Under the pieces are notes generated by a model. The model had not been told where the DNA came from. It did no database searches and saw only the letters and a program-made list of their open reading frames with translations. A program made the translations under genes and the position numbers. DNA of 64,000 nucleotides from Gammaproteobacteria bacterium (lineage in GTDB: Bacteria > Pseudomonadota > Gammaproteobacteria > Eutrophobiales > Eutrophobiaceae). Shown in pieces: positions 26,988-36,456 of this stretch; position 1 is the first letter of the stretch, and each line of letters starts with the position of its first letter. Where the stretch lies: contig OZ242265.1 of assembly GCA_965207165.1 (NCBI GenBank), positions 1,501,593 to 1,565,592 of the forward strand, in the 5' to 3' direction.

Positions 26988-28145
26988 GTGAATGCACCTT
27001 TGAAAGGACTGCGTATTGTTGACCTTGGCATGTATGTGGCCGGACCATATGCCTCGGTACCCATAGCGGACCTGGGCGCTGACGTCATCAAGATCGAACC
27101 CCTGACCGGTGACCCCAACCGGGTCATGTGGCGCCCGTTTGCCAGTTGTAACCGGGGCAAGCGGTCCATTCTCATCGATCTGAAACAAGCGGGGGGAATC
27201 GAGATAGCCAAAAAAATCTGTATCGCTGCAGACGTGGTCTCCCACAATTTTCGGCCGGGAGTCGCCGAGCGCCTGGGACTGGGATACGAACAACTCAGCA
27301 AACAAAACCCGGGGCTGACTTACATGGAATCCTGTGCGTACGGCGATACCGGTCCCATGTCAAAGATGCCGGGTTTCGACATGATGATACAGGCCATGTG
27401 CGGCCTGGAAGCCCATTGCGGTGGTGAAGGTAACGAACCCCTGTGGATGCGCTGGGCGCCTGTTGATTTTACCTGCGCTTACCTGAGCACAATCGGTATG
27501 ATGGCAGGGCATTACCGAAAGTTGCGATCGGGCAAGGGCAGCCGCGTTACCACGAATTTACTCGACGCTGGGATATTCCTGTTCTCGGAGCTGCTGCGGG
27601 ACGGCCGGGATAAGGCCAGCCAACTGGCTCAGATGAATTCCAGCATGACAGGCGTCCACCCGGCGCGCTCGATTTACCGGACACAGGATGGCTGGGTGGC
27701 GATCGTTGCACGAACCGATGAACAAGGTTTGGCCCTGGCAGAAGCGCTGGGCGCTGCAACGGCATCCACTGCACTACTGGATGACTGGGGTGATGAAGAA
27801 TACCAGGAAATATCAACCGCTGCGGCCCGCCACAATAACCGGGACCTGATTGCACTATTGAATGAGGCCGGTGTGTGGGCAGAGGCATGCCGCGACGATT
27901 TCAATGACACATTGTTTAACTCCGGGGCATGGAAAGATTCCGGATTGCTGCGCGAATACCCGCACGGAGAGCGCGGCAACATCAAGCAGATAGGTAACTG
28001 CGTACGGTTTTCCGGCATGGAGCCTGACCTGGAAAGCACCGGCCGTGCGGCAATTCCGGGGGAGGACACCAGGGAAATACTTGCCGAATTCGATTATTCC
28101 GACGCACAGATCGACGATTTGTACAGCCGGAATATCGTTGCCTAG
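26988..28145 (+). CDS. Family III CoA-transferase (CaiB/BaiF)
   Basis: LRIVDLGMYVAGPYASVPIADLGADVIKIEP; GTG start. Confidence 0.8.
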   Translation: MNAPLKGLRIVDLGMYVAGPYASVPIADLGADVIKIEPLTGDPNRVMWRPFASCNRGKRSILIDLKQAGGIEIAKKICIAADVVSHNFRPGVAERLGLGYEQLSKQNPGLTYMESCAYGDTGPMSKMPGFDMMIQAMCGLEAHCGGEGNEPLWMRWAPVDFTCAYLSTIGMMAGHYRKLRSGKGSRVTTNLLDAGIFLFSELLRDGRDKASQLAQMNSSMTGVHPARSIYRTQDGWVAIVARTDEQGLALAEALGAATASTALLDDWGDEEYQEISTAAARHNNRDLIALLNEAGVWAEACRDDFNDTLFNSGAWKDSGLLREYPHGERGNIKQIGNCVRFSGMEPDLESTGRAAIPGEDTREILAEFDYSDAQIDDLYSRNIVA

Positions 28146-28155
28146 GAGTTGTCAT

Positions 28156-29298
28156 TTGGGACCGCTGGAAGGCATTAGGGTCATCGAGATGGCAGGCATC
28201 GGGCCCGGCCCGTTCTGCGCAATGCTGCTTGCCGACCTGGGGGCAGACGTGGTACGCGTGGACCGCATGGCCGGTAACAGCGATGCAGTTGATCGCGACA
28301 CCCGCTTCCAGCTCATGAACCGTAACCGCCGCTCAATCAAAATGGATATCAAGAATCCCGAGGCGGTTGCCACCGTGCTCGACATGTTCCGGAACGCGGA
28401 TGCGTTGCTGGAGGGGTTCCGGCCGGGCGTTATGGAGCGGTTGGGACTGGGTCCGGATGTATGCCTGGAAGCAAATCCCGCCCTGGTGTACGCACGCATG
28501 ACGGGCTGGGGGCAGGACGGGCCTCTGTCCAGGCGGGCCGGGCACGACATCAATTACGTGGCTATCTCCGGTATCCTCAGCATGCTGGGGCGCAGTAATG
28601 AAAACCCCCTCCCCCCCCTGAACATCATCGGCGACATGGCAGGCGGCGGACTGTTGATGGCTTACGGCATAGTCTGCGCGCTACTGAATGCAAAACTGAC
28701 CGGTAAAGGTCAAATCGTCGATACGGCCATGACCGAAGGATCGGCACTGATGGCGGCCGCAATTTATGGCCTTCGGGGTGCGGGAATCTGGCAGGACGAG
28801 CGGGGCGTCAATTTGCTTGACGGCGCCCCCCATTTTTACGATGTGTACGCAACTGCCGATGCTGGCTTCATGGCGGTTGGCGCAATCGAGCCGCAATTCT
28901 ATGCCGAGCTGCTGGATGGCCTCGAACTGGACCCGGCCGACTTGCCCAAACAAATGGACAGCACGCACTGGCCGGAAATGAAACGACGCTTCACGCACCT
29001 GTTCAGGCAAAAGACAAGAGACGAGTGGACCTCGATATTCGAGAACAAGGATGCCTGCGTTACCCCGGTTTTAAGTCTGACCGAAGCCGCTGAGCACCCC
29101 CACAACAGGCACCGGGGGACCTATGCAAGCCCGGATGGTGTACTGCAGGCAGTGCCTGCGCCCAAATTCAGCCGTACTCCCGGAGGCCTCGAGTCGCTTC
29201 CACCGCAACCCGGGGAGCACACGGAGTCCGTACTCCTGGCCTATGGCTTTGCGGACGCAGAGATCGCCAGGCTCAGGAGCGCCGGCGCAATCGGATAA
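28156..29298 (+). CDS. Alpha-methylacyl-CoA racemase-like family III CoA-transferase
   Basis: Near-collinear similarity to AMACR/Mcr (IRVIEMAGIGPGPFCAMLLADLGADVVRVDR ... AGHDINYVAISG ... FMAVGAIEPQFYAELL ... DACVTPVL); TTG 28156 after AGGAG. Confidence 0.8.
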   Translation: MGPLEGIRVIEMAGIGPGPFCAMLLADLGADVVRVDRMAGNSDAVDRDTRFQLMNRNRRSIKMDIKNPEAVATVLDMFRNADALLEGFRPGVMERLGLGPDVCLEANPALVYARMTGWGQDGPLSRRAGHDINYVAISGILSMLGRSNENPLPPLNIIGDMAGGGLLMAYGIVCALLNAKLTGKGQIVDTAMTEGSALMAAAIYGLRGAGIWQDERGVNLLDGAPHFYDVYATADAGFMAVGAIEPQFYAELLDGLELDPADLPKQMDSTHWPEMKRRFTHLFRQKTRDEWTSIFENKDACVTPVLSLTEAAEHPHNRHRGTYASPDGVLQAVPAPKFSRTPGGLESLPPQPGEHTESVLLAYGFADAEIARLRSAGAIG

Positions 29299-29307
29299 CG
29301 GCAAGGG

Positions 29308-29757
29308 TCAGTGTCCGCTTTTGGAATTATGAACATGCTTCAGGTACCAGTTGCCATCCTGTTTGATCCAGACGGAAGTGACGCGGGCAGTGTGCGGGGG
29401 CACATTGTTGTCTTTATCAGGGCGTTCTATCGTTCCGGTGCGATAATAGACGGCATAGGCCATGTTTCCGGATACATAGGTTTCGATATGCTGCAGGGCG
29501 ACATTTACCGCAAGTCCGTTTTCAATAAGGTTTTTCAGCAGGTTGACCGGGATGTCGATTATAACTCCACCGCGGCTGGAAAACTCGGTAAACCCTTCAG
29601 GTAACAGATAGCCTTCGACGGTCTTGAAGTCACCATTATTCAAGGCCGTATAAAAGTCAGACACTGCCTGCTGGACCTCTTCCTTGTCAGCAGCGGCGCC
29701 GGGAAATGAAAATGTTAATGAAAGAAAGAAACCTGTGAGCAGCTTTTTCAAATTCAA
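29308..29757 (-). CDS. Secreted NTF2/SnoaL-like (DUF4440-like) protein
   Basis: 149 aa; signal peptide; SnoaL-like pattern. Confidence 0.5.
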   Translation of the reverse strand: MNLKKLLTGFFLSLTFSFPGAAADKEEVQQAVSDFYTALNNGDFKTVEGYLLPEGFTEFSSRGGVIIDIPVNLLKNLIENGLAVNVALQHIETYVSGNMAYAVYYRTGTIERPDKDNNVPPHTARVTSVWIKQDGNWYLKHVHNSKSGH

Positions 29758-29876
29758 TCCCTATTGTCGGCCTCGCTCCAGAATAGCCATTGAATGCAGG
29801 GAATACAAGGAAGGAGGCTAAGCATTATACCCGGGGTGTAACAAATGATCGGTAGCGACACAGTAGTTTTACAGAC

Positions 29877-30626
29877 ATGAATAAGCAATTACAAACCTTG
29901 CCGGACAAACAGGCCATTGGTGAAATGATGTGTGTCTGGGCGGGGTTCGTCAGTATTACGCTCTTTGTAATTACATGGATAGTCGCTGTGGAATGGCTAT
30001 TTCCGCCACCGCCAGACTTGAACGCGACTGAAATAACGGATGTATACCTGAAAAATACAATCGGGATAAAAATCGGCACTGCGGTAATAACCAATTTTGC
30101 CGCACCGTTAACACTCGTATTTGCGGCAATTATCACAATTTACATGTTGCGAATGAAAGGCCCATCTCCCGTACTTGCGTATATTAACCTCGCTACCTCA
30201 GCCATACAGGTATTGATCTTTATTATCCCGACGGAAATTTTTGCAGCGACGGCATTTCGTCTCGACAGGACCCAGGAGATTACCCAGTTTGGCAATGACC
30301 TGGGCTGGCTCATTTTTGACAACGTGGTGGGCCCAACCCAGGTGCAGTGGCTGGCGATTGCCCTGGCAATCCTTTGGGATAAAAGTGAGCAGCCACTATT
30401 TCCCCGTTGGTTTGCCTGGTTCAACATATGGGGCGCCACGGTTATCCTGCTTAATAATCTTGTCCTCTTTTTTAAGACCGGGCCCTTTGCCTGGAATGGT
30501 TTACTCGGCTGGTGGCCAGGCGCCGGTATATTTTGTTTGTGGTACTACGTCGCTTTTTATGTCATGTTCAAGGCAGTGCAAAAGCACCATCGTCTAATCG
30601 CAAATCAAACAACGCATAAAAACTGA
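29877..30626 (+). CDS. Integral membrane protein of unknown function (~6-7 TM)
   Basis: 249 aa, strongly hydrophobic, no recognised motif. Confidence 0.5.
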   Translation: MNKQLQTLPDKQAIGEMMCVWAGFVSITLFVITWIVAVEWLFPPPPDLNATEITDVYLKNTIGIKIGTAVITNFAAPLTLVFAAIITIYMLRMKGPSPVLAYINLATSAIQVLIFIIPTEIFAATAFRLDRTQEITQFGNDLGWLIFDNVVGPTQVQWLAIALAILWDKSEQPLFPRWFAWFNIWGATVILLNNLVLFFKTGPFAWNGLLGWWPGAGIFCLWYYVAFYVMFKAVQKHHRLIANQTTHKN

Positions 30627-30845
30627 AGCTTAAGGAAAATATATAAATGTTTCGCCTGTAGTACGCATACCCACCTTTTTTTTGAGTAGTTTCCCGACTC
30701 TTGAAATCGGCAACAGCCTGGTCTTTTAATGTTCGGGGATTATATCCGTCACTAATATAACAACTGCTATATAATATTCCATCACTCGGTGAAAATAAGC
30801 AAAGTGACATTGCTCTCATAGAGCATTTGATATATTATTGTCCAG

Positions 30846-31463
30846 ATGAATGGAAGCACGATTATAAAGATATACGGTTCTGTCCTGTCTCGTGCGAATC
30901 GATGCCTATGGGTGCTTGAAGAGCTGGGGCTGGATTACGAACACCTAAACATTGACCCCCGGTCCGGGGAAACCCGGTCGGCAGCATACCTGGCGCTGAA
31001 TCCAAGCGGTAAGGTTCCGGTTATGGTGGAAGAAAAGTTTGTCCTGACCGAATCCATGGCCATTACCCGCTATCTTGCCGGCAAGTTACCCACACGGTTA
31101 TTGCCGGCCGATCCCGTGTCGCGGGCTAAGATTGATCAATGGACCCTCTGGGCCGTCACCGAAGTCGAACCATTTGCCACTTTGGTGGTACGGGAAATGA
31201 GACTTGGCGACTCAGCTGATCCGGGCCTCACCGGCAAATGCAAAGAACATGTAAGCAAGGCGCTTGAAACTATCGAATCCTGCCTGACGGACAGCGGTGA
31301 TTATTTAATGGGCGACAATTTCTGCCTGGCGGATCTGAATGTCGCCGCTGTGGTCTATATGGTCCCCGTGATCGGAATCGATATGGAGACAGCGCCGAGG
31401 ACTTCCGCATGGTTGCAACGCTGTCTGAAGCGTCCCGCCTGGCTCAAGCTCCAGGACCTGTAG
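30846..31463 (+). CDS. Glutathione S-transferase
   Basis: 205 aa; thioredoxin-like N-domain ...LNPSGKVPVMVEE... and GST C-domain. Confidence 0.8.
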   Translation: MNGSTIIKIYGSVLSRANRCLWVLEELGLDYEHLNIDPRSGETRSAAYLALNPSGKVPVMVEEKFVLTESMAITRYLAGKLPTRLLPADPVSRAKIDQWTLWAVTEVEPFATLVVREMRLGDSADPGLTGKCKEHVSKALETIESCLTDSGDYLMGDNFCLADLNVAAVVYMVPVIGIDMETAPRTSAWLQRCLKRPAWLKLQDL

Positions 31464-31524
31464 CACTTGCAGCACGCCTCGTTATGAGTCCCCCTGCGAA
31501 AAAACAATGACTCGGGAGGGAGTT

Positions 31525-31831
31525 ATGCCTGAATATAATCTTGCGGGTAAACGAGTCATCGTCACAGGCGCCGCCCGGGGGCTTGGGCGGCCCGGCAAAT
31601 ACACGAATGATTCCTGAAGATATGGGGCTGCCCAAGGATCAGTTAATCAGCGCAGACTGTTTGGTTGGGCCGGCATTATGGCTGGCTTCTGATTTTTCTG
31701 ACGGGGTGACCGCCTGCCGTTTTAGAGGTGTTGCCTGGGGCAGTAATGCTTCTTTGGAGGAAGCTTTGGCCGCATCCAAAGCGCCCATTGCCTGGGCCGG
31801 GTTCGGCGCACAGGCGATTATACCTGACTGA
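31525..31831 (+). pseudogene. SDR pseudogene: intact N-terminal TGAARGLG motif, then frameshift/internal deletion; C-terminal remnant in another frame
   Basis: MPEYNLAGKRVIVTGAARGLGRPGKYTNDS* then, in the +1 frame, ...VGPALWLASDFSDGVTA... (SDR C-terminal-like); central ~170 aa missing. Confidence 0.6.
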
Positions 31832-31931
31832 GTTATTTACCTGTTCCTAATAACAAAGCAGAACACAAATCACGAACCTGCGGCAAATGGGCTGTTGAAA
31901 GCGGCAACACTTTATCAGAGGGACCTGGAAA

Positions 31932-32921
31932 TCATGCAATTGCCCTGGTGGGACGGATCCGCTCCAGCCAGCCGTAGCCCGTTTCACCATCCCAGGTATA
32001 GATAGCGGGACATTCTATGGCCGTCATGTACCCGGCATTCGAAAGATCGAGACCGGGTCTCAGGCCCGTTGGCGGCAGCAGGTTGAACGGTACGAACCGG
32101 GCATTCGGCACTTCACACTTGAGCTCCGCCTGTCCGGCATCCGTTTGCAGTCGCACCACTCCGATATGTGGGTTGCCGGCGGTATCCACCAGGTCGGGAT
32201 AGCAATCGGAGGCGGCAATCCGCATCTGTCCTTTTTCAAATACCTGACCCTTCAATATCTGCACTTCCTGCCGGCTGACCTGCAACAGGCTGAAAACCTT
32301 TCCGCTGGGAAAGGCGCAATGTGCCCAGGTTTCGGAGTCCAGGGTCCTGAACGTTCGACGGCTGACCGAGTGATCGCGATAACCGGTACAGCTGACCTCG
32401 ATACGTTTACCTCCAATAACAAAGTATCCCCTGACCAGGGCACCCTGTTCCAGGTGCATACGTTCCGAGCCCAGGTTGGAATCGTGCATATTGTAAACAG
32501 GTTGGACTGCATCATAGACCAGGTGATACGACACGGCTTCTGACGGTTCGACACCAATCGGGCGCGTACGTAGCACGTTGGCATCCGCCCGCTGCATGGT
32601 GCCTTCAAAGCGGTATTGCCATACCTTGTTGGCGATGATCGGTTTACATTCGTATTCACTGTTTCGCGCCTGGCTTGTGTTGACGCCCAGGCTGCGATTG
32701 ACCAGCACCCCGCCTTCCGGCAGAAAGACCAGGGACAAGCCTTCCCACATGGACCGGTCCGGCTGCATCCGTCCCATATGACCATACAGGCAAATGCCGG
32801 TGCCGGGGTCGTGCATGGTCCAGCAAATATTCTCCGTCCAGTCAGGCTTATCTGACGGGATTTCGGTGCGGATCAGATCAATGGCAATGTCGACCTTGTT
32901 GTGTAATTCTGTACTGTTCAT
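31932..32921 (-). CDS. Conserved hypothetical protein; paralog of 35382..36386 (shared GYRDHSxxxRxW motif)
   Basis: 329 aa; the two ORFs align over most of their length; possibly lipocalin/AttH-CrtC-like hydratase family (low confidence). Confidence 0.5.
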   Translation of the reverse strand: MNSTELHNKVDIAIDLIRTEIPSDKPDWTENICWTMHDPGTGICLYGHMGRMQPDRSMWEGLSLVFLPEGGVLVNRSLGVNTSQARNSEYECKPIIANKVWQYRFEGTMQRADANVLRTRPIGVEPSEAVSYHLVYDAVQPVYNMHDSNLGSERMHLEQGALVRGYFVIGGKRIEVSCTGYRDHSVSRRTFRTLDSETWAHCAFPSGKVFSLLQVSRQEVQILKGQVFEKGQMRIAASDCYPDLVDTAGNPHIGVVRLQTDAGQAELKCEVPNARFVPFNLLPPTGLRPGLDLSNAGYMTAIECPAIYTWDGETGYGWLERIRPTRAIA

Positions 32922-33001
32922 CTGGATTAGACTTGTACTCCGTTATTTAAATGACAGTTTATTTGTTACTGACAGATCCTGACATCCCGCTTGACCGTGA
33001 G

Positions 33002-33017
33002 TATAGCATATGCTATA
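33002..33017. promoter_or_regulatory. Perfect 16-bp palindrome TATAGCATATGCTATA (operator candidate)
   Basis: In the divergent intergenic region 32922..33091. Confidence 0.65.
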
Positions 33018-33091
33018 TTTAATAAACGGCGGGACCAATCAGCGCATCCTCCACCGGACTTTATTTTACATGGCTTTCCCGGAGACAACTG

Positions 33092-33865
33092 ATGAACCAT
33101 ATCGAGACCTACGCGAAATTTGCCGTCCACGAAGGCTGCCTGACTGAGTTCCAGTCCCGTGTCAAAACCCTGGTTGATGTGGTGCAGGAGAAGGACCCCG
33201 GCACGCTGCGTTACGACTGGTTTATCAATAGCGATAAACTGGAGTGTGTGGCAATGGACGCCTACATCGATGAGGAATCCATGTACGCCCACCAGAGAAA
33301 TGCCGCAAAGTATATGGGGGCGGTGCTGGAATGCTCGGATATATCTGTCGTATTCCTGGGCCTGCCTTCTGAACCCGCGCGTGAAAAAGTCATGAAATTC
33401 AAGCCCCGTCTGTTTGATTTCCATAGCGGTCTGGGAAACGAGTCAGCCGCTTCAGGATTTTCACCCGTTGAGATACCCGGCGGCAGCAGTCACATCGAGG
33501 TATACGCCCAATTCACCGTTGAACCGGAGCATTATGATTTATTCAAACAAACCGCTTCAGAACTCCTTGAAATTGTAAAACGGGATGATTTGGAGACGCT
33601 ACGTTACGACTGGTTCTACGATGATGAAAACTTTCAGTGCACTACCATGGATATCTATAAGGACGCGGAAGGCATGTTCGCCCATATGAAAAACGCCCAT
33701 GAAAAGCACAGCGAACTCATGCAGTTCTCCACTCTCTATACTGAATTTCTGGGCGAACTGCCGGAGGAGGCCCGGTCAGCGGTCGCGAAGTATGACCCGA
33801 ATATCCTGCCGTTTTTTAAAGGACTGAAATCCTGCTCCTCGGGAGGGCTAAACCGGGCAGGTTAA
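33092..33865 (+). CDS. Tandem (di-domain) antibiotic-biosynthesis-monooxygenase (ABM/Dabb-like) protein
   Basis: 257 aa; two internally repeated ~95-aa units (IETYAKFAV...LRYDWF... / IEVYAQFTV...LRYDWF...). Confidence 0.6.
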   Translation: MNHIETYAKFAVHEGCLTEFQSRVKTLVDVVQEKDPGTLRYDWFINSDKLECVAMDAYIDEESMYAHQRNAAKYMGAVLECSDISVVFLGLPSEPAREKVMKFKPRLFDFHSGLGNESAASGFSPVEIPGGSSHIEVYAQFTVEPEHYDLFKQTASELLEIVKRDDLETLRYDWFYDDENFQCTTMDIYKDAEGMFAHMKNAHEKHSELMQFSTLYTEFLGELPEEARSAVAKYDPNILPFFKGLKSCSSGGLNRAG

Positions 33866-33927
33866 ATGGTCTGTTAAAATCACTGTCACTTTACAGCAAC
33901 CTTGAGGTAAGCACAGGTAAAACGAAT

Positions 33928-35337
33928 ATGGAAAATTTTCAATTATTGATTAATGGGAAACTCACTCCCGGCGCTTCCAGCATGGATGTTATCAATCCGG
34001 CAAACGGTCAGGTTATCGCCGAATGCCCCCGGGCGGATGAAAATCAGCTTAATGCAGCCGTGGCAGCGGCTAAAGCAGCTTTTCCCGCCTGGTCAATGCT
34101 GGATATCGGAGACAGGCGCCAAAAATTGATGGCCATCGCTGACGGTCTTGAGGCAAAGACCGGGCAGTTCGCGTCATTGCTGACAGCAGAGCAAGGCAAG
34201 CCGATTAAAGAGGCTACTGAAGAAATTATCGGGACGTCGATGATGATGCGGGCGCTTGCGAGCATGGAATTGCCGGAAAAAGTTGTGATGGACGATGAAT
34301 CAGGAAAATTTATCGAGCATCGCTCACCACTAGGCGTAGTGGCCGCGATTACGCCCTGGAATATGCCGGTAACCCTGCTGGCAATTAAAATGACGTCGGC
34401 CCTGCTCACCGGCAATACCGTGGTGGCAAAACCGGCTCCCACCACCCCGCTGACTTCATTGTTATTCGCAGAAATGGCGGACGCGCATCTGCCCCCGGGC
34501 GTGTTTAATATTATCACTGACCGGAACGACCTGGGTACGGCCCTCACACGTCATCCGGACGTGGCAAAAATTTCCTTCACAGGTTCTTGCGCTACCGGAA
34601 AGAAGGTAATGGAAAGTGGTTCACAAAGCCTGAAGCGGGTTACTCTCGAACTTGGGGGAAACGATGCTGCGATCGTGCTTGACGACGTCGACCCCAGGGA
34701 TGTTGCGGCGAAACTTTTCGCCGGCGCCATGTTCAACTGTGGCCAGATTTGCCTCGCCACCAAGCGAGCCTATGTCCCTGCATCTATCTATGACGAGGTC
34801 TGCGATGAACTGGCTCGCATGGCCAATGAAACCAGGGTAGGAGACGGCAGCCAGCCTGATACCGAGATGGGTCCTGTCCAGAATAAGATGCAATTCGAAA
34901 AGGTGAAAGACTTAATCGAATCCGCGAAGGCGGAAGGGACAATCATCGCCGGTGGTGAAACCATGGATGGCCCCGGTTACTTCATTCGCCCCACGATAGT
35001 CCGTGATGTCGACGAGGATGCACGTATCGTTAAGGAGGAACAGTTTGGGCCGGTTCTGCCGGTTCTCCGCTACGATGATCTGGAAGACGCCATCGCCAGG
35101 GCAAATGACACGCACTACGGCCTGGGTGGTACGGTCTGGACCTCCGATGCAACACGAGGCGCCGAGGTCGCCAGGCAAATCCACACCGGCATCTGCTGGG
35201 TGAATGCCCATCTGGCTGTCCATCCTGCTGTCTCGGTAGGCGGTGCCAAACAATCCGGCCACGGCACGGAACTGGGCGCTGAAGGCCTGGAAGAATTCAC
35301 GCAACGCCACATTGTCTACGTCGCCAAGCAGGGCTAG
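33928..35337 (+). CDS. NAD(P)+-dependent aldehyde dehydrogenase
   Basis: 469 aa; ELGGNDAAIV and FNCGQICLATKR catalytic Glu/Cys motifs. Confidence 0.85.
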   Translation: MENFQLLINGKLTPGASSMDVINPANGQVIAECPRADENQLNAAVAAAKAAFPAWSMLDIGDRRQKLMAIADGLEAKTGQFASLLTAEQGKPIKEATEEIIGTSMMMRALASMELPEKVVMDDESGKFIEHRSPLGVVAAITPWNMPVTLLAIKMTSALLTGNTVVAKPAPTTPLTSLLFAEMADAHLPPGVFNIITDRNDLGTALTRHPDVAKISFTGSCATGKKVMESGSQSLKRVTLELGGNDAAIVLDDVDPRDVAAKLFAGAMFNCGQICLATKRAYVPASIYDEVCDELARMANETRVGDGSQPDTEMGPVQNKMQFEKVKDLIESAKAEGTIIAGGETMDGPGYFIRPTIVRDVDEDARIVKEEQFGPVLPVLRYDDLEDAIARANDTHYGLGGTVWTSDATRGAEVARQIHTGICWVNAHLAVHPAVSVGGAKQSGHGTELGAEGLEEFTQRHIVYVAKQG

Positions 35338-35381
35338 TCACTCAACTCCGGAGTTGCCCAACACGCAATGGGTGGACCAGG

Positions 35382-36386
35382 CTACTCCGGGGGAAAACTC
35401 AACATTTCGAATGGGGAGAATCCCTCCCCGGTATCGGCATTGAGCGCCAAGTGTACCGGCCCGGTGCCACTTCGAGCATTGGAGGAGATCTCGGCATCGC
35501 AGTATCCCTGCATGCCATGGCCTTCCACCTCACACATCATCTCCACCATCACAACAGTACCGCGCTGGAACAGCACTCCGGCCATAGCAGTCAGTTCAAG
35601 GTAAATTTTCTCTCCACCTTCAAGGGTCAGGCGGATCTCACCCCCGCGGTGGGTCAACCCATCCGGTTCCATATAGGCAATCACGTCTATCCCGGTTGCT
35701 CTCGACAGCCGGTTATCACGCACAACATAACCTACACGAACCAGCTTGCCCGTGGGCGCCTGCGCAGTGATGGCCGCGAATGAGAAGGCTTCACCCATAG
35801 TGCCGGTGAACCAGCGATGGTTTAGCATGCCCCGTTCCCAGTCACGGGTTCCCCAGCTATGATCTCTGTAACCCAGACCTTTTATCGGGATTAATTGCCC
35901 CTGGTATCTGACCTCACCAGTGACCTGTCCTGCCACTTCAAAATGGTGGGGGAAGCGCCTGGCAGCCAATTCGTCGCCTGGCGGGAAAGGGTCCACGAGG
36001 TCAAAGAAATTACGGCATGACAGTCGGGCAATCAGGTCGCCATCGTTAATCAACCAGATGGACGCATCATCCTCATACTGGCAGCGGAGTCGTTCGCCGG
36101 CGCCGAACCCGTTGGCAAATTCGTCTCCTGCGGCCAAGCGCATATCGGTGCAGCAACGATACTGCCAACCGGTTTTGCTGAACAGGTAACTCCATATGAC
36201 CGCGCGACCGCCCTGGTTATTGGGTTCGTGGCCGACCCGGTGCCATCCGCCGATTCCGTGATCGCGGTCATACCAGTGCAACAAGGCACTTTCCTGCCAT
36301 ATGGACTCCTCTCCCGCCAGGTGGCGAAGTTCATCGCGCACAGTGAATGGAGAGTGTGTGAGAGGGGCAGCATTGGTCATTGGCAT
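35382..36386 (-). CDS. Conserved hypothetical protein, paralog of 31932..32921
   Basis: 334 aa; shared motifs GYRDHSWGTRDW etc. Confidence 0.5.
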   Translation of the reverse strand: MPMTNAAPLTHSPFTVRDELRHLAGEESIWQESALLHWYDRDHGIGGWHRVGHEPNNQGGRAVIWSYLFSKTGWQYRCCTDMRLAAGDEFANGFGAGERLRCQYEDDASIWLINDGDLIARLSCRNFFDLVDPFPPGDELAARRFPHHFEVAGQVTGEVRYQGQLIPIKGLGYRDHSWGTRDWERGMLNHRWFTGTMGEAFSFAAITAQAPTGKLVRVGYVVRDNRLSRATGIDVIAYMEPDGLTHRGGEIRLTLEGGEKIYLELTAMAGVLFQRGTVVMVEMMCEVEGHGMQGYCDAEISSNARSGTGPVHLALNADTGEGFSPFEMLSFPPE

Positions 36387-36423
36387 TCTCCCTGGGTTGT
36401 GGCAGCATAGCCACCAGGTTTAA

Positions 36424-36439
36424 ATATAACACATGCTAT
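36424..36439. promoter_or_regulatory. Palindrome operator site (tataacacatgctata; 14/16)
   Basis: Divergent intergenic region 36387..36456. Confidence 0.4.
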
Positions 36440-36456
36440 AGAAAGGGGAATATATC

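Noticed and set aside
28045-28155. Long start (28045) for the racemase-like gene overlapping the preceding transferase by 100 bp
   Set aside because: Homology to AMACR begins at the TTG 28156, which has an AGGAG RBS. The long overlap is implausible.
35343-35356. Perfect 14-bp palindrome caactccggagttg between the aldehyde dehydrogenase and the convergent gene
   Set aside because: Probably just a short terminator-like hairpin. Single occurrence, no T-tract, not related to the operator motif.
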